Source: an uncultured Bacillota bacterium (GTDB lineage Bacteria > Sysuimicrobiota > Sysuimicrobiia > Sysuimicrobiales > Segetimicrobiaceae). Taken from it: a stretch of 64,000 bases of DNA. The notes beneath the pieces were generated by a model that did no database searches, was not told where the DNA came from, and saw only the letters and a program-made list of their open reading frames with translations. Where the stretch lies: the NCBI GenBank assembly GCA_963804645.1, contig CAWDRG010000017.1:794276-858275 (forward strand). The letters run 5' to 3'. The translations under genes were made by a program, and so were the position numbers. Numbering within the stretch: the stretch's first letter is position 1; the number at the start of each line of letters is the position of its first letter. Positions 1 through 10,362 of this stretch are shown piece after piece.

Positions 1-283
1 CCGCGGCGTGCCACGCGTCCGGCGAGCCGCGGACGGCGAATCGGACGTGCGCCCGCCCGAGTGTTCCGCTTCCGTGGCTCAACTCCTCCGGCCGGAGAAG
101 CCCGGCCGCCCGTGCGTCCCGATACCGCCGAGCGCATGCGGCACAAAAGTGCTTGGGTCCACCCAGGCGATGTCCTATGCTTTGGGTGCATCATTCCGGC
201 GATGCCGTGTGCACCCGGCCGGACCGCCCCGCGCACGAGGCGAATCACCGACACGAGACTGGTTGTGGGGAAGAGGGTGAGCC

Positions 284-1402
284 GTGACTCGACACTCGAT
301 ACCGGTGGCGCGGATCTTCGGAATTTCTATCGGCCTCGATTACTCGTGGTTTCTGATTTTCGTCCTCTTCACGTGGGGACTCGCGACCAACTACTATCCG
401 GCCTCGTATCCCGCGTGGCCCCGTACCGAGTACTGGATCCTCGGCGCGGTCTCGGCATTGATGCTGTTCGCGTGCGTGCTGCTGCACGAATTGGGGCATT
501 CGGTCGTGGCCATGCGCTACCACATTCCGGTGCGCAACATCACCCTCTTTCTCTTCGGCGGCGTGTCGCAGATCGAGGGGGAACCGCCCAGCGCCCAGGC
601 GGAGTTCTGGATCGCGATCGCGGGGCCCGCGGTCAGCGGTGCGCTGGCCGTCCTCTTCGCGCTGCTGCGGCCGGCCGTGGCGGCCGTCAGTCCGCTGCTC
701 GCCCTGACGTCGTACCTCGCCTACATCAACGGCGCCCTGGCGGTCTTCAACCTCATTCCGGGCTTCCCGCTGGACGGCGGCCGGGTGCTTCGAGCCATCC
801 TCTGGAGCTCGACGCACAGCCTCCGCAAAGCCACGCTGACGGCCGCCACCGTCGGCCGCTTCATCGGGTTCGTGTTCATCGTCTTGGGCGCCTCGCAGAT
901 TCTCGGGGGAAACTTGGGCAACGGGCTGTGGATCGTCTTTATCGGATGGTTCCTGGAAAGCGCGGCGACCGCCCAGGTCCAGCAGCAGGTCGTCGGAGGC
1001 CTGCTGGCGGGGCATACGGCGGCGGAAGCCATGAACCGCCGTTACGTCAGTGTTCCTGCGGACACCACGCTGCAGGACCTGGTGGACCACCATATTCTCG
1101 GGAGCGGAACCCGGACGGTGATGGTCACGCGTGACGACGACCTCGTCGGTCTCACCACCGTGCACCAGATCGCGGCGGTGCCCCGGGACAAATGGGGCGC
1201 GACGACCGTCGCGGATGCGATGACGCCGATCGCGCGCGTGAAACAAATCACGCCCGCCACTGGACTGTGGGAGGCAATGACGGCCATGGATCGCGACGGC
1301 GTGAATCAGCTGCCGGTCACGGACGACGGCCGAATTGTCGGAATGCTCGCGCGCGCGGATGTGATCAGCTATCTCAACACCCTCAAAGAGTTGGGCCACT
1401 GA
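284..1402 (+). CDS. Site-2 protease (peptidase M50) with C-terminal CBS domains
   Basis: HELGH zinc motif, NLIPGFPLDGGR motif, multiple TM segments, CBS pair at the C-terminus. Confidence 0.93.
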   Translation: MTRHSIPVARIFGISIGLDYSWFLIFVLFTWGLATNYYPASYPAWPRTEYWILGAVSALMLFACVLLHELGHSVVAMRYHIPVRNITLFLFGGVSQIEGEPPSAQAEFWIAIAGPAVSGALAVLFALLRPAVAAVSPLLALTSYLAYINGALAVFNLIPGFPLDGGRVLRAILWSSTHSLRKATLTAATVGRFIGFVFIVLGASQILGGNLGNGLWIVFIGWFLESAATAQVQQQVVGGLLAGHTAAEAMNRRYVSVPADTTLQDLVDHHILGSGTRTVMVTRDDDLVGLTTVHQIAAVPRDKWGATTVADAMTPIARVKQITPATGLWEAMTAMDRDGVNQLPVTDDGRIVGMLARADVISYLNTLKELGH

Positions 1403-1445
1403 CGCATGGCGGCGTGTCGGCGGCTACCTCGCGGCCGCCCCGCGC

Positions 1446-2141
1446 GTGATGACAGAGCGGGTTGACTCAGATGCTGGCAGGTGCGCTGGCTGTCGTGGAT
1501 CTCGTCTGGCTCCATGCACTCAGTACGTGGTCGACCGTCACGTGGGATCACGTGCAAACAGCCGCGCCCAGGCCGGGCCGGGAGCCCCCGCGGCGTCGAT
1601 CCTCATCACGATCTTGAACACGTTTCTTCCGTTTCCGACGGACCTCATGATCGTCGCCAACGGCGCGGTCTTCGGGTTTTGGAACGGCCTCCTCGTGTCG
1701 ATGATCGGCGCGATGGCCAGCGCCTGTCTCGCCTTCGGGCTCGCACGCCTGGTCGGACGGGGGCCCGCGCGGCGTCTGGTCCCGGCACATATGCTGGCGT
1801 GGGTGGACGACACCGTCACGCACGGGGGATGGCGGTCGGTGCTGCTGATCCAATTCATCCCGCTGCTACCGTACAGTTTGCTCAACTTCGCGTTGGGCCT
1901 GACCTCCGTTCCGTGGACGACGTTCTTGTGGGCCACGGCCGTCAGCATCCTGCCGACGGACCTCATCCTTGTCGGACTGGGACACGGCGTGGCGCGAACC
2001 CGGACCGTCCTCTACGGGACGATCGCGGCCCTTCTCGTGCTGACGATCGTCACGATGTGGCTCCGCCGCCGGCTGGCCCGTGTCCTGAAGATCCCCACGA
2101 AATTGGCGGAGGTCCCATCGCCTCGAAGCACCGCGACGTGA
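1446..2141 (+). CDS. TVP38/TMEM64 (DedA/VTT) membrane protein; N-terminus probably frameshifted near 1565
   Basis: FLPFPTDL..NGAVFG, FIPLLPYSLLNFALG motifs; a hydrophobic N-terminus (MLAGALAVVDLVWL...) is in another frame from ATG 1471. Confidence 0.8.
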   Translation: MMTERVDSDAGRCAGCRGSRLAPCTQYVVDRHVGSRANSRAQAGPGAPAASILITILNTFLPFPTDLMIVANGAVFGFWNGLLVSMIGAMASACLAFGLARLVGRGPARRLVPAHMLAWVDDTVTHGGWRSVLLIQFIPLLPYSLLNFALGLTSVPWTTFLWATAVSILPTDLILVGLGHGVARTRTVLYGTIAALLVLTIVTMWLRRRLARVLKIPTKLAEVPSPRSTAT

Positions 2142-2258
2142 GCCGCGGGCGCGCCCGCGCCGCGATCGACCGAAGCCGGGCGTTGTGCGTGCCGCGTCGG
2201 CGGGCCATGGTGCTCCCGTTACCTCTCCCGCGGGACAGGCGACGCACGTGGTGCCCCT

Positions 2259-2738
2259 ATGAACGTGGAGTATCTGATGCGTTCGAACGTACGCCGCGCG
2301 CGGGTGTCAGATGGCACGGAGCTGGCGAAGCTGTGGGTGCTACTCTGGCCTGATGCATCGCTCGACGACCACCTCGCGGAACTCGGCGCGATCCTGAGCA
2401 CGGGGACCAATCGGACCGTGCCGATGGTCATTCGGGTGTCACACGATGACGCGGGAACCTTAACCGGGTTTCTTGAGGTCGGCCTGCGTTCCCACGCGGA
2501 TGGGTGCGACCCCGACCGCCCGGTCGGCTTCGTGGAAGGGTGGTTCGTGACGGAAGGGCTTCGACATCAAGGAATTGGCAGACGCCTCATGCGCGCCGCC
2601 GAGGAGTGGGCCCGTCAACAGGGCTGCCGGGAGATGGCGTCGGACGCGTGGATCGATCACGACGAGTCGCAGCGAGCGCATCAAGCGCTGGGGTTCGAAG
2701 TTGTGGACCGGTGCGTACACTTTCGCAAGACGCTGTAG
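2259..2738 (+). CDS. GNAT acetyltransferase, aminoglycoside 6'-N-acetyltransferase AAC(6')-I-like
   Basis: GFLEVGLRSHADGC..PVGFVEGWFV..RHQGIG..EMASD..SQRAHQALGF pattern. Confidence 0.8.
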   Translation: MNVEYLMRSNVRRARVSDGTELAKLWVLLWPDASLDDHLAELGAILSTGTNRTVPMVIRVSHDDAGTLTGFLEVGLRSHADGCDPDRPVGFVEGWFVTEGLRHQGIGRRLMRAAEEWARQQGCREMASDAWIDHDESQRAHQALGFEVVDRCVHFRKTL

Positions 2739-2803
2739 GGTCCGCGGTCCATTCGCATGATACCGCGATCTCCTCGGCCGCGGTACCGTGCGCGCTGCGA
2801 TTG

Positions 2804-3223
2804 CTACGCCGGCGTTCCCGGGTCCGGAATGTCGCAGAGCACGACGCTCTCCTGCTCGTTTGGATCAGTGCGGGCGAGGACAGCGACGCAGGGCTCCGTC
2901 ATGCTTCGATTGTAGGGCAGGTGCGGCACGTTCGCCGGAATGTACACGAACTGCCCGGCTCGCGAGATCAGGTGCTGGCGGAGGTCCCGCCCGTGCCACA
3001 TCCCCGCTTCCCCGGACAGCACATAGATCACCGTTTCGTGATGCTCGTGGAGATGCGGTTTGGCGCGGCCTCCGGGCGGGATGGTGAGCCTGTGCATGCA
3101 GATGCCCGTGGCCCCCACGCTCTGCGCTGAAATGGCGCCGACGTAATCAAACCCCTGCTTGCCGCGAAACGACTCGTCGGCGGAGAGGACTACGCACGCA
3201 GGTTCGTGTGGACGTTGAGACAT
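2804..3223 (-). CDS. Cupin domain protein
   Basis: PHLHEHHET and YIPANVPHLPYN cupin motifs; ATG at 3223 is the 3' part of ORF 2804..3880. Confidence 0.85.
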   Translation of the reverse strand: MSQRPHEPACVVLSADESFRGKQGFDYVGAISAQSVGATGICMHRLTIPPGGRAKPHLHEHHETVIYVLSGEAGMWHGRDLRQHLISRAGQFVYIPANVPHLPYNRSMTEPCVAVLARTDPNEQESVVLCDIPDPGTPA

Positions 3224-3354
3224 GAGAAATGCCTCCGTGAGGGTGGCGTGCCGTGCTTGCCCATCAGCGATGCTATCCGCGAAGCCTTGCGAAGCCGTTG
3301 CGAACCCCTTGCAACTCCCGGAACACGAGCGCACGCGGACACGCGTAAGAGGGG

Positions 3355-3430
3355 TGGTGCCGGGAGACGGAGTTGAACCGCCGACACGGGGATTTTCAGT
3401 CCCCTGCTCTACCACCTGAGCTATCCCGGC
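3355..3430 (-). tRNA. tRNA-Phe(GAA)
   Basis: Reverse complement GCCGGGATAGCTCAGGTGGTAGAGCAGGGGACTGAAAATCCCCGTGTCGGCGGTTCAACTCCGTCTCCCGGCACCA folds as a cloverleaf with GAA anticodon and CCA end. Confidence 0.97.
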
Positions 3431-3449
3431 ACGCCAGCGAACGCCTCCG

Positions 3450-3479
3450 AGTATAACGAATCGCCGCTCCCCGGGGCAA
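3450..3479 (-). promoter_or_regulatory. Sigma70-type promoter for tRNA-Phe
   Basis: TTGCCC-N18-TATACT on the minus strand about 20 nt upstream of the tRNA. Confidence 0.55.
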
Positions 3480-3555
3480 GGGGACGGCCCTCGGGTGCGT
3501 GCCGTACAATCGCGACCGCACCGCGGGATAAAAGCCGAGCGAGGAGGTAAGCCGC

Positions 3556-3823
3556 ATGGTGACCACGAGAGACATCGAGAGATATCGTCAGGTGATCCAG
3601 GAAGCCGTCGCCGATCTTGGGCGCGAGGACATGGGGGTCGGCGACGTTCGGGTCGCGCAGCACGGGGTGCTCGCCGTCGAGTTCCGACGGGGCACCCACG
3701 CGGGATGTCCGCGAGATTCCGGTCAACGAACCGCAGAACCGGGAGAGTGCGCACCAGGCGGTCATGAAGGCGATCCGGCCGCTGAGTAAAGCCATCGAGC
3801 AGGACGAGATGCGGAACGCGTGA
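3556..3823 (+). CDS. Small hypothetical protein, apparently split by a frameshift near 3695
   Basis: GAGGAGG RBS, then MVTTRDIERYRQVIQEAV...; continues in another frame as ..RDVREIPVNEPQNRESAHQAVMKAIRPLSKAIEQDEMRNA. Confidence 0.55.
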
Positions 3824-3905
3824 CATCGCGGCAATTCCCGCGGGGACGTCGTGTGGCCGGCCCTGACGGGCCGGCCACACGCGCGCTCCGCCGCATCGAG
3901 ATCGG

Positions 3906-5162
3906 CTACTGGATCGTCACTTGGATGCTCGACGGGTCCGACTGCATCCCATCGATGATCTGGGTCGCCGTCACCACGTACGGGAATGAGACGGCCGGCA
4001 GGGACTGCACGTTGAGCGACACCGCCCATGCTCCGGCACCGTCGGCCTGCGTCGTCCCCTGAACCGTCCGTCCCAACAGTCGCGGCTCGGCCGTGACGAC
4101 GATCGTGGCGCCGGGCCGCGCCCGGCCGCTGACCACAAACGTGTTGCCGACGGTCGCGTTGTTGGTCGGCGCGCTGATCCCCGGTGCACTGAGACCGACC
4201 GGGACGGGCACCATCGTCGAGACCGGGAACGTCACGGCCACCTCATACGCTTGGTTGGTGCCCTGGACCAAGGAGAACTGCGCGTCGCGTCCGGGCTGGA
4301 TGACCTCGAATCCCGCGCTCTGCCCGTTCAGCGTGATCTGCGCGTCGGGCAGCACCACGTACGTCTGCCCGTTCGCCAGCCGCACCGTCCGGTTGGTCAC
4401 GCCCGCGATGCGGCCGCCCAGGAGCGCTTGGTACGTCGCCGTAATCTTCGCCGCCTGGCCCCGGTCGTTCATCTGGACCGCCACCATGTCCCCGCTGCGC
4501 AGCGCGCCCAGCGCCGCGGAGCCGCCGGCGTTCGTCCCGGCATTATTCCGATAGATCGCGGTGCCCGCGGTCACAGGGACGGTGACGTCCTGCCCGCTGG
4601 TCCGCACGACAATCGAGGGGGTCGGCCCCATATTCACGGCCACCAACCGGCCGGAGATGGCCGGTGCCTGCGCGACGGGCGGAAGAGTGCTCGGAACCGT
4701 CACCGGGATCGAGGCGGCCGCGCCACTCGCATTGATGAGGATGGTGTCATTCGCCGCGACCCACTGAACTTCGGCGCCCAACCCCGCGCTGATGAACCGA
4801 AGCGGCACCATCGTCCGTCCGCTGATGGTAAACGCGGGGACGCCGAGCATCTCGGGCACGCCGTTCACCATCGCCTGACGCGACCCCACGGTCAGTTCCA
4901 CATTCTGCGAGCCGTCCGTGACGTTAATCTGCTGGGTCAGGGGATTGTAGTCTACGGTCGCACCGAGGCTCTCGAAGATCCCGCGCATCGGTACGAGAAC
5001 GCGACCCTGAATCACAGTGGGGGGCACGTCGAAGTTGACGACGCGTCCGTTCACGTAGACCGTGATTGGGGCAACCGGCTGGGCGAACCCCGTGCCGGGT
5101 GCAATGAGGGCACCCACAACCACCGCCAGAAGAACCACGCCAAGTCTCTGTTTCATGCGCAT
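3906..5162 (-). CDS. Secreted protein with copper amine oxidase N-terminal (stalk) domain and C-terminal Ig-like domain
   Basis: Signal peptide; GRVLVPMRGIFESLGA and GRTMVPLRFIS stalk motifs. Confidence 0.85.
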   Translation of the reverse strand: MRMKQRLGVVLLAVVVGALIAPGTGFAQPVAPITVYVNGRVVNFDVPPTVIQGRVLVPMRGIFESLGATVDYNPLTQQINVTDGSQNVELTVGSRQAMVNGVPEMLGVPAFTISGRTMVPLRFISAGLGAEVQWVAANDTILINASGAAASIPVTVPSTLPPVAQAPAISGRLVAVNMGPTPSIVVRTSGQDVTVPVTAGTAIYRNNAGTNAGGSAALGALRSGDMVAVQMNDRGQAAKITATYQALLGGRIAGVTNRTVRLANGQTYVVLPDAQITLNGQSAGFEVIQPGRDAQFSLVQGTNQAYEVAVTFPVSTMVPVPVGLSAPGISAPTNNATVGNTFVVSGRARPGATIVVTAEPRLLGRTVQGTTQADGAGAWAVSLNVQSLPAVSFPYVVTATQIIDGMQSDPSSIQVTIQ

Positions 5163-5288
5163 CCCATCTTTCTCGCGGTCGTCGCACCCGCTTGGTCTGT
5201 GTGCCTTAGCGTACCGGGGCGAGCATGTCCCGTCTGTTCAATTGCGCACACTCGTTCGGACGCACGTCCTGCGAATCACACTGTAACG

Positions 5289-5314
5289 ATACCCGCCTCC
5301 CCTGCAAGGCAAAC
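5289..5314 (-). promoter_or_regulatory. SigB/SigF-like promoter upstream of the stalk-domain gene
   Basis: GTTT-N16-GGGTAT on the minus strand. Confidence 0.4.
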
Positions 5315-5402
5315 GCGACGGCCGTGCCCCGCCGAAGGAGTGGGCGCCGCGTGCGCGAATGCTCTCGTCGCGGATGGTCGCGCCACCAGGAGGTGTCGAG
5401 AC

Positions 5403-7367
5403 ATGCTGACACGCGGCTACCAACGTCCACTGGCGCGCGTAACGCAGCCCCTGATCCGCCGTGCCGGTCACCTCGAGCCGGCAACCTGGCACGACGCGCT
5501 GGACCTCGTGGCGAACCGCTTCGACGAGATCCGCCGGACCCACGGCGCAGACGCGTTCTGCTGCTTCAGCTGCTCCAAAGCGTCCAACGAGATGAACTTC
5601 GCCGCCCAGAAGTTCATGCGGACGGTGATCGGCACCAACAATATCGACAGCTGCAACCGGACCTGACACGCGCCCAGCGTCTCCGGTCTGGAGACGGTGT
5701 ACGGCGCGGGCGGCGGGACGACGTCCTATGAAGAACTGGCGCACACGGACCTCTTGTTTCTCTGGGGGGCCAATCCACGCGAGGCGCACCCGATCATGTT
5801 CCACCACATGCTGCAGGGCGTACGGCGCGGCGCCCGCATGATCGTGGTCGACCCGCGGCGGACGCCGACCGCGCAGCTCGCGCACACGCACCTGCAGATC
5901 CGCGTCGGGGCCGACATCGCGCTCGCGAACGCGATGGGGCGCGTCATCCTCGAGGAGGGGCTGCAGCACCGCGAGTTTATCGAGCAGGCGACGCGCGGCG
6001 TCGACGCATACCGCGCGCAACTGGACGAGTATACGCCCGAGTTCGCGGAGCGCGTGAGCGGCGTGCCGGCCGCGACGATCCGCGAGGTCGCCCGAGCGTA
6101 CGCCGCGGCGCCGAGCGCGATTCTGTGCTGGACGCTGGGCATCACCGAGCATCACAACGCGACCGACGGCGTCTACGCGCTGTGCAACCTGGCAAACCTC
6201 ACCGGCCACGTCGGCCGCTACGGCTCCGGGCTCGACCCGCTGCGCGGCCAGAACAACGTGCAGGGCGGAGGCGACATGGGGGCGGTCCCCAACCGCCTGC
6301 CCGGCGGCGCCGACGTCGAGGACCCGGCCCAGCGCGCGCCCTATGAAGCCGCCTGGGGGATGGCCCTGCCGCCGAAGCGCGGCCTGCACCAGAGCCTGAT
6401 GTTCGAGGGCATGGAGCGGGGCGAGATCCGGGCGGCCTACATCATCGGCGAAAACCCGCTCATGTCCGAGGCCAATCAGACGCGGGCCCGCGCGATGCTC
6501 GGTCGGCTCGAATTCGTCGTCCTGCAGGACGTGGCGCTCAACCAGACGGCCGAGATCGCGGACGTCGTCCTGCCGTCGGCGCTGTCGTGGTGCGAGTGCG
6601 ACGGCACCGTCACGAACTCCGAGCGCCGCGTGCAGTTGATGCGGAAGGCCCTCGACCCGCCGGGCGAGGCGCGCGACGACATCCTGATTCTGCAAGACCT
6701 CGCCCGCCGCATGGGCCACGCGTGGAGCTACACCTCTGCCGAAGATGTGTGGAACGAGGTCCGGCGGGTCTCGGCGAGGCACCGCGGCATGTCGTACCGT
6801 CGGCTCGCGGAGGCGGGGGGCCTCCAGTGGCCGTGCCCGGAGGAAGGCCATCCCGGCAGCCAGTTTCTGCACGCCCGCCTCTGGCAGCGGCCCGTCGAGG
6901 GAGCGCGGGCCCCGTTCATGCCCGTGCAGTGGGAGCCGCCGGTCGAGCAGCCGGACGACGCGTATCCGTTCCTGCTGACCACAGGGCGCAAGCTCGAATT
7001 CTACAACACGGGGACGCAGTCGCGAGGCTACGCGGCACCCCGGCCCCAGATGGAGTTCCTGCGCATCTGGCCGGAGGACGCGCGGCGGCTCGGCATTGAA
7101 GACGGCGACCTGGTCCGTGTGCGGTCGCGGCGCGGATCCGTGCTACTGCCGGCCGCACAGGACGACACGCTCGCCCCGGGGCTGTGCTTCATGACGCTGC
7201 ACCATCCGGAGCTGGTGCCGACGAACGTGCTGACGATCGATGCCTGGGACCCCAAATCGGGCACCGCCGAGTTCAAGGCGACCGCGGTTGCCGTCGAGCG
7301 CGTCGCGCCGCGCGGCGCGTGGAGCGAAGACCGCATCGGAGAGGAACGCGACGTCCGTGCCGGTTGA
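5403..7367 (+). CDS. Formate dehydrogenase catalytic subunit (bis-MGD oxidoreductase), selenoprotein with Sec at TGA 5664-5666
   Basis: GGAGG RBS and ATG 5403; NNIDSCNRT-TGA-HAPSV continues in frame; LRGQNNVQG motif; C-terminal molydopterin-binding domain. Confidence 0.92.
5664..5696 (+). promoter_or_regulatory. Sec UGA codon plus bacterial SECIS hairpin
   Basis: Stem CGTCTCC(5678-5684)/GGAGACG(5690-5696) with GGTCT loop, starting 11 nt after the TGA. Confidence 0.85.
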
Positions 7368-7890
7368 GCCGAACCCGGCCCACGCCACCTCCGAGGCGGA
7401 ACGCGCGGCGGTCGACCGGGCGCTCGCGCGCCTCGGCACCGCGCCGCGTCGAACGGAGCTCGTACCCCTGCTCCACGCGCTCCAGGACGATCTCGGCTGG
7501 CTGCCCACGGGGGCCCTCCAGCTGCTGGCGGATCGGATGAACGTGCCGTTCCCCGACGTGTGGGGCGTGGCAACGTTCTACTCGATGTTCCGCCTCGATC
7601 GGCCCCACGGGGTGACCGTCCATGTCTGCGACGATGTCCCCTGCCGGCTGCGGGGCGCCGACGCGCTGCTGCGGGACCTTGAGGCGCGATACGGCGCGCC
7701 CCGGCGGTTTGGCGGGGACGCGCACGCGGCGCCGGCCGCGGACCGGGCCGCCGCGGTCGAGTGGGAGGCCGTCCCCTGCCTCGGGCAGTGCGACCGCGCG
7801 CCCGTGGCCGTCGTGGGCGGCCGCCTCCACCCCGAGGCGACGATCGAGGAGATCGCCGCCGCCGCGAAGGGCGGAGCCGCCGATGCCTGA
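7357..7890 (+). CDS. NuoE-like 2Fe-2S subunit (FDH gamma-like)
   Basis: GVATFYSMF, VCDDVPCRLRG and CLGQCDRAP motifs; GTG start 7357. Confidence 0.88.
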   Translation: MPVEPNPAHATSEAERAAVDRALARLGTAPRRTELVPLLHALQDDLGWLPTGALQLLADRMNVPFPDVWGVATFYSMFRLDRPHGVTVHVCDDVPCRLRGADALLRDLEARYGAPRRFGGDAHAAPAADRAAAVEWEAVPCLGQCDRAPVAVVGGRLHPEATIEEIAAAAKGGAADA

Positions 7891-9110
7891 GACGCGCCGC
7901 CTGCTCGCGAGGGTCGGGACCACGGATCCCGAGCGCCTCGAAGACTACCGGCGCACGGGCGGCTACGGCGCCCTCGCCACGACGGTGGAGCGCGGAGCGG
8001 AGTGGGTGCTGCCGGAACTGGAGGCCTCCGGGCTGTGGGGGCGCGGCGGCGCGGCGTTTCCCACGGGCCGGAAGTGGCGGGCGGTCGCCGGGACCGCGGG
8101 GCGCCGGCGGGTCGTCTGCAACGCCGACGAGAGCGAGCCGGGCACGTTCAATAACCGCGTGCTCATGGAGGGCGATCCGTTCGCGGTCATCGAGGCGATG
8201 ACGATCGCCGGGTTGACCGTGGGGTCCGAGGACGGGCTGATCTATGTCCGCGGAGAGTACGCGCTCGCCGCGGAACGCCTGCAGCACGCGATCACGCAGG
8301 CGGAGCGCGCGGGCCTGCTCGGCTCCGACGTCGCAGGCTCGGGCCGGACGTTTCGCATCAGCGTCTTCCGCGGCGCCGGCGCGTACATCTGCGGGGAGGA
8401 GACCGCGCTCTTCAACTCGGTCGAGGGACGGCGCGGCGAGCCGCGCAACAAACCGCCGTTCCCCACTCAGGTCGGCCTGTTCGGCGATCCGACGCTCATC
8501 AACAACGTGGAGACGCTCTGCAACGTCCCGATGATCCTGACCGAGGGCGCGGCCAGCTTCCGGCGGTACGGGACCGACCGGTCGGCCGGCACGAAGCTGT
8601 TCTGCGTCAGCGGCCACGTCGAGCGCCCGGGGGTCTACGAGGTGCCGTTCGGAATGCCCACTCGGAGAGCTGCTCGCGCTCGCCGGCGGCGTCTGGCGGG
8701 GCCGGCGCCTCCAAGCGGTGCTCTGCGGCGGCGCGGCGGGCACGTTTCTCGGACCCGACCGCCTGGGCCTGCCGCTCACGATCGAAGACCTCGCGGTCGT
8801 CGGCGGGACTCTCGGCTCAGGCGCCGTGATCGTGCTGGATGAGACCGCGCGGCTCTGGGACGTCGTCCTGCGCGTCGCGCGATTCTTTCAGGAGGAGTCG
8901 TGCGGCCAGTGCGTGCCGTGCCGCGTGGGCACGCAGCGCCAACTCGAGATCGTCGCGCGCCTCGCGGCCGGACGGGCGCGCGAGGACGATGCCGCGCTGC
9001 TGCGCGAGATCGGCGCCGCGATGACCGACGCGTCGATCTGCGGATTGGGCCAGACGGCGGCGGGCGCGGTCCTGAGCGCGCTCGCGCTCGAAGGAGGGGC
9101 CTCGGCATGA
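7883..9110 (+). CDS. NuoF-like FMN/NADH-binding subunit (FDH beta-like); frameshift near 8660
   Basis: GRGGAAFPTG, NADESEPG and GAGAYICGEETAL in one frame; ESCGQCVPCRVG..SICGLG in the other. Confidence 0.88.
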
Positions 9111-9958
9111 CGGTCTCGATCGAGATCGACGGCCGGCCGGTGGATGCGGACGAGGGCATGACCATCCTGCAGGCGCTGCGGCGCGCCGGCATGAACGCGC
9201 CCACGCTCTGCTATCACCAGAACCTGACGCCGGTCAACGCGTGCCGGGTCTGCATGGTCGAGCTCGAGGGAAGCCGCACGCTCGTCCCGAGCTGCTCCCG
9301 CCGCGTCGAGGCGGGGATGAAGATCCGCACCACGACCGAGCGGGTGCGGCGGGCCCGGCGGGTGGTGCTGGAGCTGCTGGCCTCCTCGATCGACACGTCG
9401 ACGGCGCCGGAGCTGCTGGCCTACGTCACCGAGTACGGGGCCGATCCCGCGCGGTTCGGCGCCGACGTGCGCCGCGTCGACGAGCCGCTGCGCGACGATA
9501 ACGCGCTGTACGTGCGCGAGTACAGCAAGTGCATCCTCTGCTACAAGTGCGTCGAGGCGTGCGGCGAGGACGCCCAGTTCACCTTCGCGCTCTCGGTCGC
9601 GGGCCGCGGATTCGGCGCCCGGATCGACACCGGCGCGGACACGCCGCTCCTCGATTCCCGATGCGTGTTCTGCGGCAACTGCGTCGCCGTCTGCCCGACC
9701 GGGGCACTGATGCCCTCGATCGAGCACCGGATGCGGCGCGACGGCGAGTGGGACGAGCCGCGGCAGCACGTCGCGGAGACGATCTGCCCGTACTGCGGCG
9801 TGGGCTGCGCGGTGGAACTGCACGTCCAGGACAATCGGATCGTCAAGGTCACGTCGCCCGCGGACCACGCGGTCACACACGGAAACCTGTGCATCAAAGG
9901 ACGGTTCGGCTTCACGTACGTCCGGCCGGACGACCCGTCCCCCGGCGCCAAACGCTGA
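9107..9958 (+). CDS. Fe-S subunit: 2Fe-2S, 4Fe-4S ferredoxin and terminal molybdopterin-oxidoreductase 4Fe-4S domain
   Basis: PTLC..NACRVCMVE, CILCYKCVEAC, CVFCGNCVAVCP, TICPYCGVGC..GNLCIKGRFG. Confidence 0.92.
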   Translation: MTVSIEIDGRPVDADEGMTILQALRRAGMNAPTLCYHQNLTPVNACRVCMVELEGSRTLVPSCSRRVEAGMKIRTTTERVRRARRVVLELLASSIDTSTAPELLAYVTEYGADPARFGADVRRVDEPLRDDNALYVREYSKCILCYKCVEACGEDAQFTFALSVAGRGFGARIDTGADTPLLDSRCVFCGNCVAVCPTGALMPSIEHRMRRDGEWDEPRQHVAETICPYCGVGCAVELHVQDNRIVKVTSPADHAVTHGNLCIKGRFGFTYVRPDDPSPGAKR

Positions 9959-10038
9959 CGCCCTGGATGCGGCGAGGAGCGGACACGAGTTTCGGAGACG
10001 CGGGCGCGCGTGTGACGGAAACGGCGCGGTGCTAAAGC

Positions 10039-10116
10039 TGGCGGGAGCGACGGGATTTGAACCCGCGATCTTCTGCGTGACAGGCAGATGTGTTAACCAG
10101 GCTACACCACGCCCCC
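10039..10116 (-). tRNA. tRNA-Asp(GTC)
   Basis: Reverse complement GGGGGCGTGGTGTAGCCTGGTTAACACATCTGCCTGTCACGCAGAAGATCGCGGGTTCAAATCCCGTCGCTCCCGCCA. Confidence 0.97.
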
Positions 10117-10144
10117 ACGAAAGGCGGCACTCCCGCCACAACAA

Positions 10145-10174
10145 AGTCTACGGGCCGGTCCGCTACCCTGTCAA
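10145..10174 (-). promoter_or_regulatory. Sigma70 promoter for tRNA-Asp
   Basis: TTGACA-N18-TAGACT on the minus strand. Confidence 0.7.
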
Positions 10175-10362
10175 TACATTCGGGTGACTGCCGCGCACAC
10201 GAACTCAACCGCGACCTGCGTCCCCGTCATCTCGGTCTCGCGGCCGCGCGCGACCCGCCCAGGCCGATTCCGGATCTCCTGACTCGGCGCGTCGAGGTTC
10301 GTCGCCGGCACCGTCGAAGTGAACCCACGGCTCTACGCGAACCACAATGGGGAGGGGACAGC

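Noticed and set aside
5664..5666. Nonsense mutation making FDH a pseudogene
   Set aside because: The TGA is at the catalytic Cys/Sec position and is followed by a SECIS-like hairpin.
3355..10116. tRNA-bounded genomic island
   Set aside because: No integrase, no duplicated tRNA 3' end, and composition matches the backbone.
10200..10360. Riboswitch upstream of the ABC binding protein
   Set aside because: No conserved riboswitch motif recognised by eye; an Rfam scan would be needed.
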